A DNA stretch of 64,000 nt, from assembly GCA_963765875.1 (NCBI GenBank), contig CAVXYK010000029.1:111153-175152 (forward strand), given 5' to 3'. Position 1 is the first letter of the stretch. Each line of letters starts with the position of its first letter. This DNA is from an uncultured Chloroflexia bacterium. GTDB lineage: Bacteria; Chloroflexota; Anaerolineae; Caldilineales; Caldilineaceae. The notes below the pieces were generated by a model, which did no database searches, had not been told where the DNA came from, and worked only from the letters and a program-made list of their open reading frames with translations. Positions 19,878 through 28,498 of the stretch are shown one piece after another. The position numbers and the translations under genes were made by a program.

Positions 19878-21253
19878 GTTTCAATCCACGCCCCCCGTGA
19901 GGGGGGCGACGTGGTGGCTAGACTCAGGATGTCTAATCCAAAAATGTTTCAATCCACGCCCCCCGTGGGGGGGCGACGCGATTGCCTGCACGTTATGGCC
20001 ACAATGCGAGCCGTTTCAATCCACGCCCCCCGTGAGGGGGGCGACCTTTATCGGCATCGAACTGGATGAGCAACTACACGGTTTCAATCCACGCCCCCGC
20101 GTGAGGGGGCGACGGCACGTTCGGAATTGGTCGACGTGGCCGAAGCCGTTTCAATCCACGCCCCCCGTGGGGGGCGACCAACAGCGCCGAGCCGGGCGGC
20201 GAATCCCGGCAGTTTCAATCCACGCCCCCCGTGAGGGGGCGACTGCTTCTGATCATTGGCCGCAGGCGATGCGAAGAGTTTCAATCCACGCCCCCCGTGG
20301 GGGGGCGACGTGATGACTTGGAGGATAATATGAGCGACGATCTGTTTCAATCCACGCCCCCGTGTGGGGGGCGACTTGCTTCTGATCATCGGCCGCAGGC
20401 GATGCGAAGAGTTTCAATCCACGCCCCCCGTGAGGGGGGCGACGTGGAACGCACCCTCTCCGGTCAGAACTATGCAAGTTTCAATCCACGCCCCCCGCGT
20501 GGGGGCGACCGGTGCCGTTCGTGTTGGCTATGACCATCAGCTATGTTTCAATCCACGCCCCCCGTGGGGGGGCGACCAGACGTGCAGTTTGATGAGCAAA
20601 TGTATCAGAGGCATGTTTCAATCCACGCCCCCGTGAGGGGGCGACTCGGATTGGTTGCCGTGGTCGACCGTGTGCTGGAGTTTCAATCCACGCCCCCCGT
20701 GAGGAGGGCGACATGATATTGCTATGTCCGTTGCCCGCCGTACAAAAGTTTCAATCCACGCCCCCCGTGAGGGGGGCGACGTGGGCGAAGGCTGTCGGCA
20801 TGAGCGCGATTGAGGTTGTTTCAATCCACGCCCCCCGTGAGGGGGCGACGGGATACGTTCAAAGCACTAGCAAGCAACTATATTGTTTCAATCCACGCCC
20901 CCCGTGAGGGGGGCGACGAGGTTGCAATTCTACAGAAACAAATAGCAGCACTGTTTCAATCCACGCCCCCCGTGAGGGGGGCGACCGCACTAAGCGGGAC
21001 AGCTGCACCTGACTGAGCAAGTTTCAATCCACGCCCCCCGTGAGGGGGCGACATTAAATCCACTTGGTCCATAGCACGATGCAACGTTTCAATCCACGCC
21101 CCCCGTGAGGGGGGCGACATAATGATTTTTCAAAATCGGCTCTTTGATTAGTGTTTCAATCCACGCCCCCCGTGAGGGGGGCGACGGCGTACGTTCAAGG
21201 CGAGTATGCATCTGAGGCCGGTTTCAATCCACGCCCCCCGTGAAGGGGGCGAC
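19878..21253 (-). CRISPR. Type I-C CRISPR array, 21 repeats / 20 spacers, transcribed on the minus strand
   Basis: Plus-strand repeat GTTTCAATCCACGCCCCCCGTGAGGGGGGCGAC. The reverse complement ends ...GTGGATTGAAAC, as in I-C repeats. Spacers are 33-38 nt. Repeat copies are 31-33 nt and differ mainly in C/G-run length. cas2 and the leader lie on the 21254 side. Confidence 0.95.
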
Positions 21254-21426
21254 CGCAACATTTAGGTGACAAACACATGCCGACCCCCTAAATATTGATT
21301 CTGCTATTTCAATTGTACCTCAACACTTGCCTTGAATGCCCTGGAATCGCGGTTGGTAGGCGCCGAAAAGGCTGCGAACCTGTAGGACAGAAACATGGTC
21401 ACTTCCAGTTCGCAATCGTCATGATT
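21254..21426 (-). promoter_or_regulatory. Putative CRISPR leader
   Basis: Non-coding, lower-GC stretch between the corrected cas2 stop (21427-21429) and the first repeat. Position is the only evidence. Confidence 0.45.
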
Positions 21427-21717
21427 TCAGGCAATCAAGGGTCCCTTCCAGATCAATGCTGCCTTTGTGCCTATATGCTCAACACGATTCCGCCATTCAT
21501 TGCCCAGATAGTAGAACCGAGGCTGTCCTTTTCAGGATCTATCAACTCCACCAATCGATGCTTCAACTGCCTCATCTGGGCTGCATCCACCAGGCACTCA
21601 AAGACCGAGTTTTGGACGCGCTGCCCGTAATTTTGACACTGTTTTGCCACCAATCGCAACCGTCGCTTTCCGGCATTGCTGGTGGTATTCACGTCGTAGG
21701 TGATCAAGAACCATCAT
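21427..21717 (-). CDS. cas2: CRISPR-associated endoribonuclease Cas2, at least two apparent frameshifts
   Basis: MMVL (ATG 21717), then ITYDVNTTSNAGKRRLRLVAKQCQNYGQRVQNSVFEC (ORF 21471..21707), then the third-frame end TKAALIWKGPLIA* (stop 21427-21429). Confidence 0.75.
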
Positions 21718-21741
21718 CGGCGTCTAGCCTCCTGCCAATGC

Positions 21742-22773
21742 CTAATTCCAGAAGAAGGGTGGATATGCGTCGATGTCTCCGCGCAGATGACGGGCCAGCA
21801 ACATGGCTTGGACGTGGGGAATCAGCCCAAAGGGAATGCGTTCTTTCAGATATGGGTGCATAATCTCATCTTGCTTGCGTTTCTGCCAGGCCCCCAACAC
21901 CGCCTTGCGGGTCTCGTCATCCATCAGAGTACCGCCGCTTTCCTTCTGAACAAAGCCCTTGCCGCTAACTTGCTTGCGATTGACCAGGGTGAGCGCCAGC
22001 CGGTCGGCAAAGACCGGACGAAGCTCTTCCATCATGTCCAAGCGCCAGAGAGGGACGGCCAGGACGATCAGCGTGCAAGAAGCCCACATACGGGTCAAGG
22101 CCCACAGTCTCCAGGGCGGACGCAACTTCATAGGTCAGCAGAGTGTAGAAAAACGAGAGCAGCGCGTTCATGTTGTCCTGGGGCGGACGTCGAGTGCGTT
22201 TCTCAAAGAAGAAACTCTCCTTCTGATGCAGAATCAGTTGCCCAAAGACCCCAAAGTAGCGTTTGGCCGCGTTGCCTTCCAGTCCTCGCAATGTCTCCAC
22301 CGACTCTCTCCCTCACGGATGGCAGATCAGCATCTCCTTAAGAAATCAGATGTAGTTCGCAAGCCGGCACATCGACCAGCAAGGCATGGTCACGAAGTGC
22401 CCGGTCGATAACCGTCCGGCTGTTGGCAATCTTCCCCAGCAAAGCCGACTGGCGATGGTTGCACTGGCGGCTTCGTTTTGAGAAAGATCATATTGCTTCT
22501 TGCGCAGCAGCAGATTGCCCTTTTCTTTGCCCGCTAACCCGTGCCAGAAAGCGCCCGCTGGGCTTGAGAAAGCAGAGCCCGATGTTGCGTTCGGCACATG
22601 CGCCCATCAGCGCCGGGCTCACCCCGGATAGTTGAAGCAGACGATGTTTTCCAGGTTGTGCAGCGGCAGGCGCATGGACGTTGTATCATCCTTCTTGACC
22701 ACGACGTTTTCACCATCCAAGGACACATAGGCTTTGGGTGTGGTGACATAGAGAACGTTGGCCAGTTTTTCAT
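21742..22773 (-). CDS. cas1: CRISPR-associated endonuclease Cas1 (I-C type), at least four apparent frameshifts
   Basis: Fragments [81 protein letters not shown] and [10 protein letters not shown] are spread over ORFs 22534..22773, 22346..22597, 21965..22300 and 21742..22131. The first shift is in the A5 run right after the ATG. Confidence 0.85.
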
Positions 22774-22825
22774 TGCCTACGCCCTTTCGATCTGTTGGCG
22801 GATGTATTCAGAGGCCGGCACAACT

Positions 22826-23448
22826 TCATTCTTGCAGATGGGGCAGGCAGATATCGGCCAGCGAGCAGGACTTGCACCCCTTGAACGGTTTTACTTTCGG
22901 CGTGTATCCTCGCTGAAAGTACGCGTGCATTTCCTTGGCCGCCTTGCGCACCAGGTCGCGCAGTTCGTCATGTGAGGTCCACAGCCACACGGCGGCGGGT
23001 TTGGCCGTAGTAGAGATAGCCGGTAGGGATCGAGATCGCCAGCATCTCCTCCAGGCAGATGGCCTGAGCGCATAGCTGGGCCTCGTCGCTGCGATCATGT
23101 TTCTTCTTGCCCCGCTTGTATTCCACCGGCGCGGCGAGAAAAGCAGCCCTCGTGCCCAGGCAGGTGGACGCCATCCGGCGATTCGGTGAACTCCACCACA
23201 TCACATATCCCCGACAGACCGAGCGAGCGTGAAGCCACCGGCACCGACCGGGCGACGATCACGCCCTTGCGCTTTTCGGTGAAGAAGGGATCGTCTGCCC
23301 GGCGGTGCATGATTTGGCCCTCGACGGTCAGCGCATTCTCCTGCCACTGACGCTCCACATGGATCAGCGCCCACTGCCGGCGGCAGAAGAGGAAGTGTTG
23401 GATGCCCGAGAGGGGCAGCATATCTTCGGGACTGGTTTCGGTGATCAT
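22826..23448 (-). CDS. cas4: CRISPR-associated exonuclease Cas4, at least two apparent frameshifts
   Basis: LSGIQHFLFCRRQWALIHVE (N-terminal Cys), EYKRGKKK, QLCAQAICLEEML, C-terminal CKSCSLADIC cluster. Pieces lie in ORFs 23095..23448, 22968..23204 and 22826..23098. The ATG overlaps the cas7 stop (ATGA). Confidence 0.8.
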
Positions 23449-23865
23449 AGTTTTTCGATGACGGTCACACCATCGGGCGCGCTGTCTGCGTCGATACTCA
23501 CGTCGTAATCGGTAAAACTGCGCGGCACCACGACATCTGGCTTGCGCGTGACCTTGACCAGATCAAACAACTGATGCGAAGGAGCATTGCCCAGATCGCT
23601 GTCATGTTTGAAGACGATCAGGGTGCGGCTCGCCATCTTGCCGCGGGCCGCCGAGTGGTCGTGTTCGAACATGTTGACCAGAGCATCCCACAGCAGATCC
23701 AGGTCTTCATCGGAAAATCCGGTACCTTTGGTGGGTGCGTTGGCGAGTTTGGCCGAGACATAGCCCTCTGCACGATATAGGCCATAGGGGACATAGTGCT
23801 TGCGGCCCATTTCTGTTGTCTTGTCTTCGTCCTTTCGCGTCACAGTGACTCGGTTATGGAAGCCT
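23445..23865 (-). pseudogene. cas7: cas7 (Csd2) C-terminal fragment, separated from the N-terminal part by an IS element
   Basis: VTVTRKDEDKTTEMGRKHYVPYGLYRAEGYVSAKLA...FSDEDLDLLWDALVNMFEHDHSAARGKM...LGNAPSHQLFDLV, typical of the I-C Cas7 C-terminus. Confidence 0.85.
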
Positions 23866-25455
23866 CTAGCAGTTTGTCGGAGAGAACCGACAGTCGGCTC
23901 TCTGACGGATCGGTGGTAATGTGAGAGCATGGCAAAGAAACGTAAGTTCAGACAAGCGGACTATGAGGCAACGGAAAAGACCCAAATCACGTTGGGCGAA
24001 GCGTTGCCGGAAGATCATCTGGCTCGATTCATCGTGAGCGTAGTCAGCCTGCTCGATTTGAGCAAGGTCTATGGTCAGTACAGCGACCGTGGGGGAGCGC
24101 CGTATGCGCCAGAAGTGCTGCTGGGGCTGTTGCTGTATGGCTACGCAACCGGGACCTTCAGTTCTCGCAAACTGGAGAGGGCGACGTACGAATCGATTCC
24201 GCTTCGATACATTGCCGGGAACATGCATCCAGACCATGACACTATTAACCAGTTTCGCAAGGAGAATCTGGAGACGCTGAAGGGATTGTTTGTACAGGTG
24301 CTGATGCTTGCCTACATATTGGGCCATGTGAGACTGGGCAACATCAGCATTGATGGCAGCAAGGTCCATGCCGATGCGTCCAAGAGCAAGGCGGTGAGTT
24401 ATGGACGTATCTTGTCGATGGAGAAGCGCTTGCAACAAGAGATCAATGAGTTGTTCGCCCTGGCTGAAAAGGCGGACAGCGAGCAACCGGACGATTTTGA
24501 TATCGACGATGAGATCGGACGGCGCACCAAGAAGCTGGTGGATCTTGCCCAAGCCAAGGCAATGATAGAAACGATGGCCGCTCAACGCCATGCTCAAGAA
24601 CAAGCCGAGTATGAACAGAAGATGGCTGCTCGCAAGGAGAAGGAAGAGCAAACTGGCAAGAAGACGCCAGGTCGTATCCCTCAGCCACCTGAACCCGGCC
24701 CGCGTGACAAAGACCAGGTCAATTTCACCGATCCAGAGTCTCGTATCATGAAGAATGGCAACAACAAGGCTTTCCAACAATCGTACAATGCCCAGGCTGC
24801 GGTGGAACATGAGAGTCGCCTCATTGTGGGCAATACTCTTTCCAATCACCCCAACGACAAGCAGGAAGGTGTGGCAACGGCCCAGGCGATCCCGGCTCAA
24901 CTGGGTACCCCGAATGCGGCGGCCATGGATGCCGGCTATTTCAGCCCTGGGACAATCCAGGGCTTTGAAGCCATGGGCATCGAACCTTACATTGCTGCAG
25001 GTCGAGACAGCCATGCGTTCGATCGGCGGACGCTTCTGGAGGGTGAGCCAGAACCCCCGCCCGAGAATGCCAGCCACAAGACCAAAATGCACTACAAACT
25101 GTGCACCGAAGCCGGCAAAGCCATCTACAAACTGCGCAAGAGCACGGTTGAGCCGGTCTTCGGCATCATCAAGGAGATCATGGGTTTCCGACAGTTTTCC
25201 TTGCGCGGACTGACCGCGGCGGCCGGCGAATGGAATCTTGTTTGTTTGGCCTACAATCTGAAGCGTCTTCATGTATTACACACGACCTGATTCTGCGCGC
25301 CCTCAGACGGGAGGGCTGAGAAGATGCGACGCTCTGGAGCATGCATATCCGTGATTATGTCTACTCCCTGCCTGCTATCGAGTCGATTTTGTCAAAAAAC
25401 ATGGCAACAGGCTCAACTATGTTCAATCTATGCTGTCTCTCCGACAGCCTGCTAG
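23866..25455 (+). mobile_element. IS1182-family (IS5-like) insertion sequence, 1590 bp
   Basis: Imperfect terminal inverted repeats CTAGCAGTTTGTCGGAGAGA (23866..) and the reverse complement of ..TCTCTCCGACAGCCTGCTAG (..25455). CTAG at both ends. Single transposase ORF. Flanks are the two halves of cas7. Confidence 0.85.
23929..25290 (+). CDS. IS1182-family DDE transposase
   Basis: 453 aa, uninterrupted. N-terminus LPEDHLARFIVSVVSLLDLSKVYGQY...GAPYAPEVLLGLLLYGYATGTFSSRKLERA (InsH-N/DUF772-like). The C-terminal DDE region ends VEPVFGIIKE...F.LRG...EW.LVCLAYNLKRL. Confidence 0.9.
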   Translation: MAKKRKFRQADYEATEKTQITLGEALPEDHLARFIVSVVSLLDLSKVYGQYSDRGGAPYAPEVLLGLLLYGYATGTFSSRKLERATYESIPLRYIAGNMHPDHDTINQFRKENLETLKGLFVQVLMLAYILGHVRLGNISIDGSKVHADASKSKAVSYGRILSMEKRLQQEINELFALAEKADSEQPDDFDIDDEIGRRTKKLVDLAQAKAMIETMAAQRHAQEQAEYEQKMAARKEKEEQTGKKTPGRIPQPPEPGPRDKDQVNFTDPESRIMKNGNNKAFQQSYNAQAAVEHESRLIVGNTLSNHPNDKQEGVATAQAIPAQLGTPNAAAMDAGYFSPGTIQGFEAMGIEPYIAAGRDSHAFDRRTLLEGEPEPPPENASHKTKMHYKLCTEAGKAIYKLRKSTVEPVFGIIKEIMGFRQFSLRGLTAAAGEWNLVCLAYNLKRLHVLHTT

Positions 25456-25919
25456 TTGTGAAATCGGATCAATGCTGCGCGAGAAGTTGATTTGTACTGG
25501 ACCTCGAACGATACCTGCTGGAACATCGGTGCTCATCACAGCACCAAAGGTGCGATATCGTAGAAGTTCGCACACATCCATTTACGCAATTCCTGAATTT
25601 TCTGCACATTGTTCCGGATTGCCTTTATTTCATTCTTTGAGGCAGGAATTCGGTGTAACGGTAGCAACGTATGCTGCCTCGTGTTGAGTATTCAAAAGGA
25701 TATTCTCTTTGACATAGATTTGATGCCCTGGAGCATCTTCATGTACCAGTTCCGCATAGTTGCGGATCTTGCGCTTCAAGCAGACATCGGTGACGATGCC
25801 GTGGCCGGTTTCTGGATCAATCCGTGGCATATTTCCGGCATCCGGATCGCCGTTGGGGTTACCGTTTTCCACATCGTAAACAGGACAAATTCGTAGCGGT
25901 TGTTGATAGGGGTAGTCAT
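25456..25919 (-). pseudogene. cas7: cas7 (Csd2) N-terminal fragment with additional frameshifts
   Basis: ATG 25919 ([14 protein letters not shown]), then [38 protein letters not shown] (ORF 25630..25872), then [39 protein letters not shown] up to the IS boundary. Confidence 0.8.
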
Positions 25920-25963
25920 GGTCTGATCTCCTGTGAAGATAGCTATTGGTTCTCGGGTTCTGA

Positions 25964-27816
25964 TCAGGATCGATTCAGAGGGCGGTTCGTTTCCTTTTTG
26001 GTGAAGAAGGCGGCGCGTTGATGGTAGTAGCCCAGCACGAAAATACCCTGTTCATCCAGGGTCAGCCGTGAAGGAATGGGGTTCTTCTCAACGTCGAGCA
26101 AATTCAGAATGTCTTGAATACGTCGATCGCTGGCATAGCCATATTCTGCCTTGGCAATGTGATGCTGAGAGAGTCGCAGAAGTGTAGGGAACACGGTCCT
26201 GGGCGAAGCGCAGGCCGAAGTGAAGTAGCGATCTTTGATGCTGGCGTTGACGTCACCGATGGCTTCTCCCTGAACTTTTTCCAACACGGCGAATAGGCGG
26301 CCCAGCAAATAGGCTGGAATTGTGGATTGCTCGTTGAGAGCCATGGTCAGTACCTCCTCGAATGGGTTTTGGGGTTGAAGGCGATATTTGCGCAACAAAA
26401 ATGCCTTGATCGCCGCGGCGCGCACGTAGTTAATTTTGTGGATGCCTTTTCCGAGTCATCCATGTCGGCACGGATGCGGTTGATGATGGCGTAGTAAAGG
26501 GCCGCCGGATACGGTGCGTTGGTGAGAATGGAACGAGAAACAACTCCTGCCAACAAGGGAGATGCATTCTTGTCTTTGGATTTCTTGGAGATGGTCTCGT
26601 TAAGAATTCGCCATACAGTCAGATAGGTTGGCTGATCATCGTACTCCTTGACTATCTCCAAGATCCCGATAGTGCGCCATGATATTCTGGACAATCTTCT
26701 CGAAGGGATCTGCGATGAAGAAACGCACCGAAACCCGTGCTGCATTGGGGGCCAGGCCAAGGATGTAAAAGCGCGGGTTTTCGTCCCTCAAATCTGCCAG
26801 CAAAGCATCCAAATCAAGCATTTGAGTGCGCTTGACCTTCTCGGATACTGTTTTCAAGGCGGCTTCGGCCTTTTTCCGTCCAGCCTGTTTTGCGGTCGCT
26901 TCATCCTCAACATATGTAGGATCGAAGATGCTGGCGAAGGCGGTTTCATAGACCCGGCTGTCGCTCTCGGCCCAATAGACCACCGTCGTGTCACCCAGAT
27001 AGAACTTCTTGTTCGGGTTGGCATCTGACAGCAAGTAATTCAGAACCGTCGTATAGGCGAAAGTCGCTTTTTCGCTGACCGGCGAATTGATACCCTGAGA
27101 ACGATTGTATGATTCGTAAGCAGCAGCATTGAAGCCTACTAATGTTGCCCCGCTTGACTGTGCCCCTCGTACCCGTTTCAAGCTTGGATGCAAACGTGCG
27201 ATGGATCGATCTTTCTCCAGTCACGAGGCATTGCATGTGATTCGCTCTCCTGTCCAGCTCTGGTGTTCTTCCCAAACCTCACGAATGCGCGGATCATTGT
27301 GTGCAAACGCACCGTTAATCAGAAAGACTAGATTTCCACCTGCCATAAGGGCGTCCAGGTTTCCGGCTATAGCAGGATAGTTGGCGGCCATGCGCTGGAT
27401 CATATTGTTCAAGAAACGCAAGCATGGCACGAGCAGGCTCGCAATCAACACCACTCAACAGATTCGTAATGCAACTGACGAAACGCACTCAAAGCGGTCC
27501 TGGCTGTATTCAGGCTTCTTATCGTCCCTTTCTGAAATCCCCAGAACATACACGCTGTTGTCCCACAGGAAATTTGGCGGCGACATTGACTGAGCGCTTG
27601 ACTTGGCCCGGCACAACCATCGGTCGCGGCACCTCCACCATCTTCTTGCCGCGCTGTTCCTGCGTAAACTGCGGCAGAATATCCAGCAACTCGCCCTGTG
27701 CTGAAATAGTTAAGTGCAAAGCTGACTCCAACCGTACTGTACCCAAACGGGGCGATCTCAGTTTTGGGATCTTCTACCAGAATGTCGTAATACCGATTCA
27801 AAGCTTGCAGAATCAT
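25964..27816 (-). CDS. cas8c: Type I-C large subunit Cas8c (Csd1), at least six apparent frameshifts
   Basis: [17 protein letters not shown]... at 27816, with an ATGA overlap with the cas5 stop. Collinear pieces in ORFs 27445.., 27519.., 27221.., 26991.., 26636.., 26347.. and 25964..26425 cover about 617 codons in changing frames. Position between cas5 and cas7. Confidence 0.75.
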
Positions 27817-28475
27817 TGCCGCACCTCAACTTCGGTCAGATCAATTACACCGTCTTGCATGGTCGCTTTGAAGAACTGAGGCCTAATATCCTGAGGATCT
27901 CGAAAGTCCAGGTCATAGAGCATCCAGCCCAACTCTTGTGTGCCGCTCAACGGGCTTTGAGGAATATTCCCCCCTTCGATAAGGTCCACCTTTGCGCCAA
28001 ACTCTCGGGTTCCCAGATAGGGTGCGTGGTAATGTTGCCCTTTGCGCAGACGGCGCAAGGCAATGTTGTAGTGCTTCTCCACCGTGTCATCTGGTCCGGC
28101 TTGTTCAGGTACAGGTTCAAAGTGGGCTTCCACAATGTAATCCACATTTTTCAGCACGAGGGCGGCGCGCTGTTGACGGGCATCGGTTGCATCCAGAAAA
28201 AACGGATCTGTCGCTCCATTCATGCGTCGCTCCGCCTCACGAGTTGAAATCTTCTCGCTCACCTCGTTGCGCCGGATATTGGTGAATTCGATCTCACTCA
28301 GTACATGGATCTTGTCGATCACCCAACGGATGGCCGGTTTCCAGTAGATGGCCTCGATGACACCTCGTGCCGCCGATGGCGTGATGACATCGTAGCTCAC
28401 CCGTTCGACCTTCATTTCGGGTCGAGTGAACAGAGCGTAATCGCCACGGATGCGAATCGTGATTCCGTATCCCAT
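27813..28475 (-). CDS. cas5: Type I-C Cas5 (Cas5d/Cas5c) pre-crRNA endoribonuclease
   Basis: ATG 28475 preceded by AAGGAGG. MGYGITIRIRGDYALFTRPEMKVERVSYDVITPSAARGVIEAIYWKP. Uninterrupted. Confidence 0.85.
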   Translation of the reverse strand: MGYGITIRIRGDYALFTRPEMKVERVSYDVITPSAARGVIEAIYWKPAIRWVIDKIHVLSEIEFTNIRRNEVSEKISTREAERRMNGATDPFFLDATDARQQRAALVLKNVDYIVEAHFEPVPEQAGPDDTVEKHYNIALRRLRKGQHYHAPYLGTREFGAKVDLIEGGNIPQSPLSGTQELGWMLYDLDFRDPQDIRPQFFKATMQDGVIDLTEVEVRQ

Positions 28476-28498
28476 AAGATGAACCTCCTTTCTGGTCT

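Noticed and set aside
19897-21016. Multiple 60-140-aa ORFs on both strands with recurring FQSTPPVRGAT / PPHGGRGLK peptides
   Set aside because: These are translations of the CRISPR repeats, not genes.
19911-21220. Self-targeting spacers against the IS element or other parts of this window
   Set aside because: Inspection by eye found no spacer matching 23866..25455 or any other stretch I compared. This needs a proper alignment and cannot be excluded.
23866-25272. 468-aa minus-strand ORF
   Set aside because: It is antisense to the IS1182-family transposase, which has strong family motifs. The composition is low-complexity and no motifs were recognised.
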